Source: an uncultured Gemmatimonadales bacterium (lineage in GTDB: Bacteria > Gemmatimonadota > Gemmatimonadetes > Gemmatimonadales > Gemmatimonadaceae). Taken from it: a stretch of DNA of 64,000 bases. Shown piece by piece: positions 43,601-54,947 of this stretch. The stretch is from contig CAVYNV010000002.1 in assembly GCA_963770025.1 (NCBI GenBank), positions 17,818-81,817 on the forward strand, in the 5' to 3' direction. The notes below the pieces were generated by a model. That model had not been told where the DNA came from and searched no databases. It was given only the letters and a program-made list of their open reading frames with translations. The position numbers were made by a program, and so were the translations under genes. The stretch's first letter is position 1; the number at the start of each line of letters is the position of its first letter.

Positions 43601-43937
43601 ACGACGCGGCGATCTGGGCGATGGCGTTACCGATCTCCGTGCCGGGCTGGAAATAGACCTTGACGAGGCCCATGCCGGGGGTCGACTGGGATTCGATGCG
43701 CTCGATCCCGTTCACGACCGACGAGAGCCCGCGCTCGCTCAGCAGCGTGACGCGCGATTCCATGTCCTGGGCCGACAGTCCCGGATAGGTCCAGACGACC
43801 GCGACCACCGGCAGGTCGATCAGCGGGAAGATGTCGACCTGCATGGTGCGCGCCGCGAGCCACCCCATGAGGACGAGAACGGCGGAGAGGATCGCTACCG
43901 TGTACGGCTGGCGGAGCGCGAGACGGACGAGCCACAT
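40629..43937 (-). CDS. RND family efflux transporter permease (AcrB/CzcA superfamily)
   Basis: 1102 aa with the 12-TM RND layout and two large periplasmic loops. Typical segments include GGLSLSVGLLVDNATVAVENI and VVSLMGSIMAVGIAVANSILVV. Confidence 0.93.
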   Translation of the reverse strand: MWLVRLALRQPYTVAILSAVLVLMGWLAARTMQVDIFPLIDLPVVAVVWTYPGLSAQDMESRVTLLSERGLSSVVNGIERIESQSTPGMGLVKVYFQPGTEIGNAIAQIAASSATSLRAMPPGITPPYIIQANASNVPVAQMTLSSASLSEAKIADYGQNFIRLRLFTIPGLSTPWPYGGKIREIMINVDPRSLAAKHLSSEDVVKALLSQNVIIPAGTARIGDREYNIALNSSPASVPDFATIPIKVVNNALVTIGDVATVHDSYAVQTNIVRVDGRRAAYLTILKKSDASTLAVVEAARAIIPEIESVAPQGLDVRLDFDQSRFVRAAVTSVVREALIAAVLVGLMILVFLGSWRSAIVACASIPLAIATAIIGLKMTGNSFNIMTLGGLSLSVGLLVDNATVAVENIHRNRALGKPLTVAILDAAAQISTPLIVATLAICIVFFPVVLLTGPARFLFVPMSIAVIIAMLASYVLSRTLVKTLARMLLAGEPVHSGEGPVLTESGRLAAPPDGAAAEAGWATRWARRFNAARDRAFVRFQNAYGRFLEGLIVHSGFTLSVAGLLLVISIALVPVIGTDFFPSTDAGMMKIHFRAPTGTRIEDTEALVARAEDLIRHTVPSAQLQTINSMIGVPPPLNAAFVPTDNVSDMDAEILVALKPGHAPTEGYVRRIRAVLTASFPGSTIYFQTADIVGQVLNFGLSAPIDVQIQFPDLDRAFAVARSLRDSIRTVPGATNVTIKQVLDYPTLFLNVDRQRAAQLGLTQRDVANSMLVSLSSSALVSPSYFVNPSNQVNYLVAVQVPLPQVASGEQVMATPITAGSGPEDSFASLRRAADMPGSPVETIDNVATMTPTNEPDEVTHYTVARVLDITANVEGRDLGSVVTGIQHTIGDLGALPAGMHITVRGQGEVMHEAFSTLGLGFGVAVLLVYFLMVVLFQSWLDPIIIMAAVPGAVIGILWMLALTHTTINVVSLMGSIMAVGIAVANSILVVSFAHDIRIERRMAPLAAAIEAGKTRMRPVLMTALAMIFGMLPTAIGAGEGGEQNAPLGRAVIGGLAIATVMTLCVVPTLYAALSRTLPNKYRLESRFAAEEKGGDYREEI

Positions 43938-43964
43938 GCGTAGAGCAACATACCCCGAGCGGGG

Positions 43965-43979
43965 CGCGAATGATTCGCG
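43965..43979. promoter_or_regulatory. 15-bp palindrome CGCGAAT-G-ATTCGCG upstream of the RND operon (operator- or terminator-like)
   Basis: A perfect 7-1-7 inverted repeat lies 28-42 nt upstream of the RND start codon and about 85-100 nt downstream of the phoR stop. It is nested in an outer CCGAG/CTCGG pair. Confidence 0.3.
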
Positions 43980-44061
43980 ACTCGGTGTCCGGCGCGCTCA
44001 TCCATGGCGATCGGCACGCCCGCCGCGCCGTCCGCCGCGCCGGGCTGAATCCGGGGAGCGG

Positions 44062-45321
44062 TCAGCCCGTGGCGGCGCGGTCGGGGAAGAACGCGGCGAC
44101 GGTCGTTCCGCGGCCGACCTGACTTTCCGCACGCACGCCCCCGCCATGCGCCTCGACGAGGTGCCGCACGATGGCGAGTCCAAGCCCGGTCCCGCCGGCG
44201 TCGCGGGAGCGAGCGCGGTCCACGCGGTAGAACCGCTCGAAGATGCGGGGCAGGTGCTCGGGCGCGATCCCGCCGCCGGTGTCGCGCACGGAGACCCACA
44301 CGCCCGCCCCGATGGTCCCGGGCGCGCCGTCGCGCGTCGTCGCCACGGTGACGCTCCCCGACGGCGTATGCCGCACGGCGTTCTCCACCAGGTTCGCCAG
44401 CACCTGACGCAGCGCCGTGGCGTCGGCGTACACGGTCGCCGCGTCGTCCGCGACGCACACGTCGAGCGCCACTCCCTTGGCGGACGCGAGGGGGCGCGAC
44501 GGGAGGATGGCATTGGCGGCCGCCACGCGGACGTTGATCGCCGCGGGCAGCGGCACCCAGCCGCCCGATTCGATGCGCGACAGGTCCAGCAGCTCATCGA
44601 CGATGCGCTGCATGCGATGCGTATTCACCTGGATGGTCTCGGCGAATTGCCGGCGGTGGTCGGGCGGCAGATCGTCGTCCATCGCGAGCGTCTCGGCGAA
44701 TCCACCGACGACGGTGAGCGGCGTGCGCAGCTCGTGCGATACGTTGGCGACGAAGTCGCGCCGCACACGCTCGAGGCGTCGTGTCGAGGTAACGTCGAGC
44801 AGCGCGAGGACCGCGCCGCCGCGCCCGAGGAGCGGACGTGCCGTCAGCGCCAGCGTGCGACCATCGATCGTCGTCTCGACCTCCTCCGTAACCCGCCCGT
44901 CGAGGGCGGCGGCCAGCGCCTCACGAAAGATCCGCTCGCGCGGCAGCTGCTCGACGCTGAACGGAGTCGCCTGCCGGACCCGGAGGAGCTCGCGCCCGGT
45001 GGCATTGATGCGCACGACGCGCTGCATGCTGTCGACCGCGATGACGCCCTCGTTCAGGGCGTCGAAGAGCGCCGTGAGCAGGGCTTCCTCCGATTCGAGG
45101 GCGGCCAGCCGCGCGCCCAGCTGCTCCGCGAGGCGGTGCACGGCGATGGCGAGCTGTCCGACCTCGCCCGGGGCGGCGAGGGTGGGGCGTCGCGTGAAAT
45201 CACCCGCCGCCAGCGCCTGCGTGACCTCGCGAAGCTCGATGATCGGCTGCAGGACGCGCCGCAGGAACCACACCGCCGCCCCGACGATCACGAGCAGCGC
45301 GGCGAACGCGATGACGATCAC
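44062..45321 (-). CDS. phoR: sensor histidine kinase, PhoR-like
   Basis: A single N-terminal TM, then a HAMP domain, a PAS-like segment, H-box FVANVSHELRTPLT, N-box NLVENAVRHT, and G-boxes RDTGGGI and GTGLGLAIV. It is paired with a PhoB-like regulator. The gene name is inferred from context. Confidence 0.8.
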   Translation of the reverse strand: MIVIAFAALLVIVGAAVWFLRRVLQPIIELREVTQALAAGDFTRRPTLAAPGEVGQLAIAVHRLAEQLGARLAALESEEALLTALFDALNEGVIAVDSMQRVVRINATGRELLRVRQATPFSVEQLPRERIFREALAAALDGRVTEEVETTIDGRTLALTARPLLGRGGAVLALLDVTSTRRLERVRRDFVANVSHELRTPLTVVGGFAETLAMDDDLPPDHRRQFAETIQVNTHRMQRIVDELLDLSRIESGGWVPLPAAINVRVAAANAILPSRPLASAKGVALDVCVADDAATVYADATALRQVLANLVENAVRHTPSGSVTVATTRDGAPGTIGAGVWVSVRDTGGGIAPEHLPRIFERFYRVDRARSRDAGGTGLGLAIVRHLVEAHGGGVRAESQVGRGTTVAAFFPDRAATG

Positions 45322-45331
45322 GAGGGGCGCG

Positions 45332-46048
45332 TTATGCGGGCCCGGGCTGGACGGCGCGCAGGCGGTAGCCGAATCCGCGCACGGTCTCGATCAGATCGCC
45401 CGCGGCTCCCAGCTTCGTGCGCAACCGTTGGATGTGCATGTCCACGGTGCGAGTCTGAATGTCGGGCGCCGCATCCCAGACGGTCTCGAGCAGGTGGCCA
45501 CGAGCCTGGACCCGCCCGCGGCGCTCGGCGAGGAGCACGAGGAGCTTGAACTCCGTCGGTGTGAGCTCGATCTCCGCGCCATCGACCGTCACGCGGTATG
45601 CGGCCCGGTCGATGTGCATCGGGCCGACGCGGAGGACGGCCGAGGCGGAGACCCCGCCGGCGGCCGCGCGGCGCAGGATCGCGCGCGCGCGGAGGACAAG
45701 CTCCTGCGGGCTGAATGGCTTCGTCAGGTAGTCGTCCGCGCCGAGCGACAGCCCCCGGATCCGGTCGGGCTCCTCCTTGCGCGCGGTCAGCATGATGACG
45801 GCGACATCACGTGTCTCCTTGCTCTCGCGGAGCTGCTGGAGAACGTCGAAGCCGGACACGCCGGGGAGCATGAGGTCGAGGACGACGAGCGCGGGCCGGT
45901 CCTGCCGCGCGATGGCCAGCGCATCCTGTCCCGTGGCCGCGGTCGATACACGAAACCCCGCCTTGGCGAGGTGATAGGCGACGAGCGCAACGATGTCCGG
46001 TTCGTCGTCGACGACGAGTATGTGCTCGGGACTGATGGGCGCGATCAT
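45332..46048 (-). CDS. phoB: OmpR/PhoB-family response regulator, PhoB-like
   Basis: ILVVDDEPDI, LDLMLPGVSG, DDYLTKPFSPQELVLRARAILRR (PhoB-like linker), and a winged-helix segment LTPTEFKLLVLL...RTVDMHIQRLRTKL...GFGYRL. The start is ATG 46048, inside track ORF 45332..46273. Confidence 0.85.
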   Translation of the reverse strand: MIAPISPEHILVVDDEPDIVALVAYHLAKAGFRVSTAATGQDALAIARQDRPALVVLDLMLPGVSGFDVLQQLRESKETRDVAVIMLTARKEEPDRIRGLSLGADDYLTKPFSPQELVLRARAILRRAAAGGVSASAVLRVGPMHIDRAAYRVTVDGAEIELTPTEFKLLVLLAERRGRVQARGHLLETVWDAAPDIQTRTVDMHIQRLRTKLGAAGDLIETVRGFGYRLRAVQPGPA

Positions 46049-46122
46049 GGCCTCGCCTGAAGATAGCTGAGGCCGGTCGTGGGAGCGCGAACCGCGGCGC
46101 ATCGTCAGGTCACGATCCTGTA

Positions 46123-46908
46123 TCAGCCCCGATGATTGAGGGGGCCAAGGGCCCCTCCCAGGCGGGGCGCCGTCCGGATCGCCCGGCGCACGTACGCTCG
46201 TGCCTCGCGTACGGCGGCGGCCATACTGTCGCCGAGTGCGAGCCGGGCGGCGATCGCCGCCGATAGCGTGCACCCGGTGCCGTGCAGATGCCGTGTCGCG
46301 ATCCGCTGAGCGCGATACGCGGTGGGCGCGCCCGTGCCATCGTAGAGCACATCGACGACCGTGGGCCCCTTGAGGTGCCCCCCGGTGATCAGTGCCGCGC
46401 GCGCCCCGCCGCGATCGACGAGTGTCCGGGCCGCGCGCAGCATCCCGGGCAGATCGGTGACGGGCTCTCCGGTGAGCGCCGCGGCTTCGGTGAGATTGGG
46501 GGTCACGAGGTCCGCGAGGGGGAGGAGACGGCGACGCAGGGCGGCGATGCCGTCGCGCGACAGGAGCCGGCGCCCGGTCGACGCCACGACGACGGGATCC
46601 AGCACGAAGGGGTGCAGATCGTGCTCGAGCAGCGCGCGCGCGACGGTCCGCACGATGGCGCCGGTGGCGAGCATCCCGGCCTTGACGGCGGCGGGCCGCA
46701 GGTCGCCGGCGACGGCGTCGATCTGCGCGCGCACGAGCGATGGCGATACGGGCGACCAGCGCACGACCCCGATCGTATTCTGAGCCGTGATCGCGGTAAT
46801 GGCCGACGTGCCGAACACGGCGAAGTGCTCGAAGGTTTTGAGGTCGGCCTGGATTCCGGCGCCGCCGCCCGAGTCGGAGCCCGCGATCGTGAGTGCTACG
46901 GGTGGCAT
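46123..46908 (-). CDS. thiD: hydroxymethylpyrimidine / phosphomethylpyrimidine kinase
   Basis: [28 protein letters not shown], and a C-terminal [12 protein letters not shown]. Confidence 0.93.
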   Translation of the reverse strand: MPPVALTIAGSDSGGGAGIQADLKTFEHFAVFGTSAITAITAQNTIGVVRWSPVSPSLVRAQIDAVAGDLRPAAVKAGMLATGAIVRTVARALLEHDLHPFVLDPVVVASTGRRLLSRDGIAALRRRLLPLADLVTPNLTEAAALTGEPVTDLPGMLRAARTLVDRGGARAALITGGHLKGPTVVDVLYDGTGAPTAYRAQRIATRHLHGTGCTLSAAIAARLALGDSMAAAVREARAYVRRAIRTAPRLGGALGPLNHRG

Positions 46909-47146
46909 GTTCTTCCCCTACCTCCCCCTAACCCCCTCCTCCCCCACGGGGGAGGAGGGGGAGATTTTTCTTTGTTGCAAGCTTCGCTTGCATGACGAGG
47001 GGGCTCCGCCCCCTCGACCCCCGCCGGGGCGAAGGAATTCCGCGCAGGCGACCTTCGCGTTGGATGACGACGCGGCGCCGCGCCCTCGACCGCCGCAGGC
47101 TGCCCGGCGTGCTCCGATGAGCGGTAGTCCGCCGACGGGCTGCACG
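46909..47146. repeat. 238-bp intergenic cluster of at least 5 G/C-rich stem-loops, related to 17135-17449
   Basis: Hairpins: a 14-bp stem CCCCCTCCTCCCCC/GGGGGAGGAGGGGG (46932-46961), TGCAAGC-TTC-GCTTGCA (46976-46992), GAGGGGGC-TCC-GCCCCCTC (46997-47015), CCCCG-C-CGGGG, and GCGAAGG...CCTTCGC. A CCCCTACC box is at 46914-46921. Confidence 0.8.
46932..46976 (+). terminator. terminator-like hairpin plus T-tract oriented for plus-strand transcription, between two minus-strand genes
   Basis: The 14-bp G/C stem is followed on the plus strand by AGATTTTTCTTTGTT. On the minus strand the same stem is preceded by an A-tract, not followed by U. Confidence 0.35.
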
Positions 47147-47950
47147 TCAGGAATGCGGGCGCAGGGGGGATTGCGGGAGGCTTTGGAGGCGGTCCTTGAA
47201 GTTGTGGAAGTTGGGCGAATCGGTCGTGAGCGAGGCCAGGACCGCGGGATCCATCGCGTTGATCTCCCCCTGGATCTCGGCGATGCGGTCTTCCTCGAGC
47301 GGGTGTGAAGTGAACCACGCCTCCACGAAGAAAGGCTTCTTGTTGCGTTCTTCCAGGAGCTTCTGAAACATCGATACCATCCCCTCGGGGCTGATCCCGG
47401 CCTGGACGACGTTGGTGAATCCCTCGGCGTCGGCTTGCGACTCGTCCCCGCGGCTGAATTTCGCGAAGATCGCCTCGCCCCCGACGCCCATCGCGATCTC
47501 CGAAGCGGGGTTCGAGCACACGCGGGTCAGCACGCAGGCGAGCACCATGCCGACGTCCGCGGCCTGCGCCTTCCGCATCTCCTTGATCGAATGACGCTCG
47601 ACGACGTGGCCGATCTCGTGGCCAAGCACCCCGGCCAACTCATCCATCTTGTCGGCGCGCTCGATGAGCCCTCGATTCACGTAGACGAATCCGCCGGGCA
47701 GCGCGAACGCATTGACTTCGCGGCTGTCCACCACGTAGAAGTGCCAATCGAGATCACCCCGCCGCGTGAGCTTGGCGATCGAGTCGCCGAGCACGTTGAT
47801 ATACCGATTGATCTCGGGATCGGCGATGATCGGGAGTTGGGCATTCACCTGCTGGGCGTATTGGGTGCCCATCTGGACTTCCCGCTTTTGCGATACGGGA
47901 CACGCGGCGAGCAGCGCGGGGAGCGCGAGAAGTGCGAGGGTTCGCTTCAC
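47147..47950 (-). CDS. M48 family zinc metallopeptidase lipoprotein
   Basis: Lipobox LLAACP, zinc motif [11 protein letters not shown], and a downstream [11 protein letters not shown] 47950 has GGGAGA upstream. Track ORF 47147..48478 extends upstream into unrelated Arg/Ser-rich sequence. Confidence 0.85.
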   Translation of the reverse strand: MKRTLALLALPALLAACPVSQKREVQMGTQYAQQVNAQLPIIADPEINRYINVLGDSIAKLTRRGDLDWHFYVVDSREVNAFALPGGFVYVNRGLIERADKMDELAGVLGHEIGHVVERHSIKEMRKAQAADVGMVLACVLTRVCSNPASEIAMGVGGEAIFAKFSRGDESQADAEGFTNVVQAGISPEGMVSMFQKLLEERNKKPFFVEAWFTSHPLEEDRIAEIQGEINAMDPAVLASLTTDSPNFHNFKDRLQSLPQSPLRPHS

Positions 47951-48014
47951 GGGGGGTCTCCCACGGCAGCGCCGGGCGGCGCCCGAGCGGCCATGGCATT
48001 GATGTGTACGGTGG

Positions 48015-48827
48015 GTGCACAATACTAGCGGCATGCCGGTTACCCCGCGATTGCTGACGCTGGCGCGCGACCTTCGTCGCCGGAAGGCGCGCGAGCGGGC
48101 CGATCTGTTCCTCGTCGAGGGCGTGCGCGCGGTCGAGGAGCTGCTCGTGTCGCCGCTCGTGGTGCGCGGTGCGCTCGTGGGGCCGCAGCTCGCCGGCACC
48201 CCCCGCGGCGCCGCGCTGCACGCCGAGCTCGAGGGTCGGGGGATCGAGATCGCCACCGTGACGGCCCGCGACCTCACGGCGGCGGCCGACACCGATACGC
48301 CCCAGGGGATCGTGGCGATCGTGGAGGTCCCGGAGCGCGGCTGGGACGATGTGAGCCCCGTGGCCGGCCGACTGCGCGTCCTGCTCCTGGATGGCGTGCA
48401 GGACCCGGGCAACGTCGGGACGACGGTGCGCACCGCGCTCGCGTTCGGGATGCAGGCGACGGTCGCGATGCCGGGCACGGTTGACCTCTGGAACGCGAAA
48501 GTCGTCCGAAGTGCGATGGGTGCCCTCTTCGACTACCCCGCATTCGCCGCCACCTGGGAGACGTTCGACGATGTGCGTGCGCGGCGCGGGCTGACCGTCT
48601 GGGGAGCCGATGCGCGCGGCGACCCGATCGATCGGTGCACGGCTCCGGACCGCGTGGCGCTCATCGTCGGCAATGAGGGCAACGGGCTGTCGGCGCCCGC
48701 GCGCGCTCGCGCGGAGAGACTCGTCTCACTGCCCGTGGCGAGCGTCGAATCGTTGAACGTCGCCGTCGCCGCCGGGGTGCTGCTCTACGCGCTTCAGCGC
48801 GCGACCCCAGCGCAGACCGAATCGTGA
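48015..48827 (+). CDS. TrmH/SpoU family RNA 2'-O-methyltransferase
   Basis: FLVEGVRAVEELL, DGVQDPGNVGTTVRTALAFG, VGNEGNGLS, SLNVAVAAGVLLY. ATG 48033 is an alternative start. Confidence 0.85.
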   Translation: MHNTSGMPVTPRLLTLARDLRRRKARERADLFLVEGVRAVEELLVSPLVVRGALVGPQLAGTPRGAALHAELEGRGIEIATVTARDLTAAADTDTPQGIVAIVEVPERGWDDVSPVAGRLRVLLLDGVQDPGNVGTTVRTALAFGMQATVAMPGTVDLWNAKVVRSAMGALFDYPAFAATWETFDDVRARRGLTVWGADARGDPIDRCTAPDRVALIVGNEGNGLSAPARARAERLVSLPVASVESLNVAVAAGVLLYALQRATPAQTES

Positions 48828-49684
48828 TGCCCGCCGCGGGCGCGGGCCACGCATGGGTCACGCTGGTGCTCGTCTTCGTCATGGGGGCAGCCATCGGCTC
48901 CTTCATCAACGTCTGCATCGTGCGCTGGCCGATGGAGCTCTCGGTCATTGCGCCGCCGTCGCGTTGCCCTCGATGCCAACGCCCGATCGTCTGGTACGAG
49001 AATGTGCCGATCGCCAGCTATCTGGTGTTGCGCGGCCGGTGCCGCGGCTGCCGTTTGGCCATTTCCCCGCAGTATCCACTCGTCGAGCTGGCGATCGCGC
49101 TCGGTTGGCTCGCGGCCTTCATTGCCTATCCCGACCGCTTCACGGCGCTGCGCGTCGCCGTCTTCGGAACGGTCCTCTTCGGGATCGCCGTCACGGACCT
49201 TCGGCACTACGTGATCCCCGACGGCTTCACGGTATTCGGGCTGATCTGGACGTGCGCGACGCCAATCGTAGCCGTGCTCCTCGGTGACCGGAGCGGGACG
49301 AGCGGGCTCTTCGCGACGCCCTATGACACGCTGATGGGGGCCTGCGTCGGCGCCGGCGCCATCTCGATCGTGGGATGGCTGGGCGAGGTCGCGCTCAAGC
49401 GGGAGGCGATGGGGTTTGGCGACGTGACCCTCATGGCGGTCGTCGGGGCCGCGCTCGGGCCGCCGCGCGCCCTGCTCACAATCGTCATCGGCGCCGCGCT
49501 CGGCGCGATCAGCTTTCTCGTCGTGGTCTTTCCGATCGCGTGGGTCCGGAGCCGGCGCACCGGGTCGGCCTTCGAGCCGCCGCTGGTGCCCTTCGGCGTT
49601 TTCCTCGCGCCCGCGGCGCTCATCGTGCTGATCTGGGGACGTCAATTCATCATGTGGTATCTCGTGCGCGCGGGTCTCGCGTGA
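48824..49684 (+). CDS. pilD: prepilin peptidase (type IV leader peptidase / N-methyltransferase, A24 family)
   Basis: GSFINVCIVRWP, zinc-knuckle CPRCQRPI...CRGC, and the catalytic Asp contexts VTDLRHYVIPD and GFGDVTLMAVVG. Confidence 0.9.
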   Translation: MMPAAGAGHAWVTLVLVFVMGAAIGSFINVCIVRWPMELSVIAPPSRCPRCQRPIVWYENVPIASYLVLRGRCRGCRLAISPQYPLVELAIALGWLAAFIAYPDRFTALRVAVFGTVLFGIAVTDLRHYVIPDGFTVFGLIWTCATPIVAVLLGDRSGTSGLFATPYDTLMGACVGAGAISIVGWLGEVALKREAMGFGDVTLMAVVGAALGPPRALLTIVIGAALGAISFLVVVFPIAWVRSRRTGSAFEPPLVPFGVFLAPAALIVLIWGRQFIMWYLVRAGLA

Positions 49685-50882
49685 TGCCGCGACGGCCGCT
49701 CCGCCGGTGGCGTGGCGAGACGATAGTCGCATTGGCGGCGCTCCTCGCGGGCCTCGGCGGGGCCTGCGCACCCGGGTCCGCTCACGCGGTCCAGGGGACG
49801 GGCCCGTATGCGGCCGAAGCGGCGAAGATGGTCCCCAAGGTCGAGCGCGCGGTGGGTCTGCGTTTCAAGCACCCTCCGACGATTCAGGCGCGGTCGCGCG
49901 ATGAGGTTCGCACCTTTCTCGAGCGCCAGTTCGGCGATCCCCGCGCCGCCCGCGACCTCGCCGGGACGGAGATCGCCTACAAGCTGTTCGACCTCATCCC
50001 CGATACGCTCGATCTTCGCGCGGAGCTCGAGCGGCTGCTGACCGAGCAGATCGTCGGGTTCTACGACCCGGAGACGAAAGTCCTCTACGTTGTCGACAGC
50101 GCGCCGGAAGCGCAGGTAAGCACGGTGGTCGCCCACGAGCTCGTGCACGCGCTGCAGGATCAGTACATCAATCTCGACTCGATTCAGAAGCTGGAAGGGG
50201 AGAACGACCGCCAGTCGGCGGCCGAGGCTGTCATCGAGGGCCAGGCTGTGTACGATCAACTCGTGGTCGCGACGGGCAATCCGGACTTCCTCAGTCTCAT
50301 CCCGGGGGGCTGGGACGCGGTGCGGGAGGAGATCCGGGAGAATCAGGCGTCGATGCCCGCGTTCGCCAACGCGCCCATGGTGCTCCAGGAGTCGTTGATC
50401 TTCCCCTACCTGAGCGGCGCCGAGTTCATGCGGCGCTTCGCCGCGCAGGAGCCCGGTCAGCAGCCGTACGGCGCGCGCATGCCGACATTGACGAAGCAGG
50501 TCCTGCACTCGGAGACGGCGTACTTCGAGCATCGCGACCCGCCGCTCGGCATCACGCTTCCGGCGCCGGCCAATCCGGCCGTGACCGTGCGGTACGCCAA
50601 CACGCTCGGCGAATTCGAGACGCGGCTATTCCTGTATCAGCACCTCGGAGACCAGAACGCGGCCGTGCGGGGTGCCGCGGCGTGGGAGGGGGATCGCTAC
50701 GAGGTCCTCGATGTCCCGCCGCGGGACCGTGCGCTGGTCTGGGTCACCATCTGGGATTCAGCGGTCGATGCGGGCCAGTTTCGGGAGCTTGCCCTGCAGG
50801 TGGCGGCCGGCCTCAACGCGGCACATCCCAAGCGTACCGTCTCGCTCACGCCGGTCGAGATTCAGGGCCGGCCGGCGATCGT

Positions 50883-53417
<2,535 letters not shown>

Positions 53418-53440
53418 AACGCTTTCTAGGTTACGGGGCT

Positions 53441-54772
53441 ATGTTCGACGAGCTGAGTGAGAAGCTGAGCGCCACCTTCGCCCGCCTGCGCGGGCGCGGT
53501 GTGCTCAGCGAGGCCGACATCAAGGACGGACTGCGCGAGGTGCGCCGCGTCCTGCTGGAAGCGGACGTCAACTTCCAGCTCACGCGCGAGTTCCTCGAGC
53601 GCGTGGAGCGCGCGGCGACCGGGGTGACCGCGCTGCGCTCGGTCTCGCCGGCCCAGCAGCTCGTCAAGATCGTACATGATGAGCTCACGACGATGCTCGG
53701 CGAGCGGCGGGAAGGGTTGCGACTCAGCTCCGTGCCACCCACGATCGTATTGATGGTCGGTTTGCAGGGCTCCGGCAAGACGACGACGGCGGCCAAATTG
53801 GCCAAAAGGCTCGTGGCCGATGGGCGGGCGGTCCGGCTCGTCGCGGCGGACGTGTATCGGCCCGCGGCGATCGATCAGCTCGAGACGCTCGGACAGCAAC
53901 TCGGGATCCCGGTGTACGTGGATCGCGCCACGACGGACGTTGTGCGCATCGCGAAGCGAGGGGTCGAAGAGGCTCGGCACGAGCGGGATCGCGTCGTGGT
54001 GATCGATACGGCGGGGCGGCTCCAGATCGACGAGGCGATGATGGACGAGCTGCGTCGTCTCAAGGATGCGGTGCATCCGGACGAGATCCTTCTGGTGGCC
54101 GACGGCATGACGGGGCAGGACGCCGTGCGGATCGCGCAGGGGTTCGACGGCGCGCTGGGAGTGACCGGCGTGATCCTCACGAAAATGGATGGGGATGCGC
54201 GGGGCGGTGCGGCGCTGTCGATCTACGGCGTGACGAAGAAGCCGATCAAATACATTGGTGTGGGTGAGAAGCTGGACGCGCTGGAGGAGTTTCATCCGGA
54301 TCGCATGGCGAGCCGGATCCTGCAGATGGGCGACGTGCTCACGCTCGTCGAGAAGGCCCAGGCGGCGTTCGACGAATCGGAGGGGAAGCGGCTCGAGAAG
54401 AAGATTCGCAAGGAAGGGATGGATCTGGAGGACTTCCTGACCGCGATGCGGCAGATGCAGAAGCTCGGACCGCTCGAGGGGGTTCTCAAGATGCTGCCCG
54501 GGATGAACGCGAAGCTGCTCCGGCAGGCGAATCTGGATCCCGCGCGGCTCAAGCACATCGAGGCGATCGTGCTCTCGATGACGCCCGAGGAGCGGAAGCA
54601 TCCCGGCGTGCTCAACGGATCGCGCCGGTCGCGCGTGGCGAAGGGGTCGGGGCGCTCGATCGCGGAGGTGAACCGGCTGCTCGACCAGTTCCGCGACATG
54701 CAGAAGATGATGAAGCGGGCCGGCCAGGGCGGGATGCGCGGGCTGTCCCCGGGGATGTTCGGGGTGCGGTAA
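53441..54772 (+). CDS. ffh: signal recognition particle protein Ffh
   Basis: [19 protein letters not shown]1 [26 protein letters not shown], and a Met-rich M-domain. Confidence 0.98.
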   Translation: MFDELSEKLSATFARLRGRGVLSEADIKDGLREVRRVLLEADVNFQLTREFLERVERAATGVTALRSVSPAQQLVKIVHDELTTMLGERREGLRLSSVPPTIVLMVGLQGSGKTTTAAKLAKRLVADGRAVRLVAADVYRPAAIDQLETLGQQLGIPVYVDRATTDVVRIAKRGVEEARHERDRVVVIDTAGRLQIDEAMMDELRRLKDAVHPDEILLVADGMTGQDAVRIAQGFDGALGVTGVILTKMDGDARGGAALSIYGVTKKPIKYIGVGEKLDALEEFHPDRMASRILQMGDVLTLVEKAQAAFDESEGKRLEKKIRKEGMDLEDFLTAMRQMQKLGPLEGVLKMLPGMNAKLLRQANLDPARLKHIEAIVLSMTPEERKHPGVLNGSRRSRVAKGSGRSIAEVNRLLDQFRDMQKMMKRAGQGGMRGLSPGMFGVR

Positions 54773-54787
54773 GGAGGGGCCGGTCGC

Positions 54788-54850
54788 GACCGGCCCGTAC
54801 GACCGGCCCGTACGACCGGCCCGTGCGGTCGCGACCGGCCGCGGATTGCG
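54788..54850. repeat. ffh-rpsP intergenic repeat: 18-bp palindrome, 13-bp tandem repeat x3, second partial palindrome
   Basis: GGCCGGTCGCGACCGGCC is at 54788-54805. GACCGGCCCGTAC / GACCGGCCCGTAC / GACCGGCCCGTGC is at 54798-54836. CGGTCGCGACCG is at 54836-54847. The outer 15 nt can pair to enclose the repeats. Confidence 0.85.
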
Positions 54851-54947
54851 ATACGCCGGGTGCGGTCTGGATACGCCAGATGCGCGAGGAGCCCGGGATG
54901 GTCATCATGCACGCGGCGCGCGAGAGCGCCGACAGGAGAGAGAGACA

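Noticed and set aside
46909-47146. TPP riboswitch in the thiD leader
   Set aside because: The minus-strand sequence lacks the conserved CUGAGA and ACCUGAUCUGGAUAAUGCCAGCG-type elements. The region consists of generic G/C hairpins shared with other spacers.
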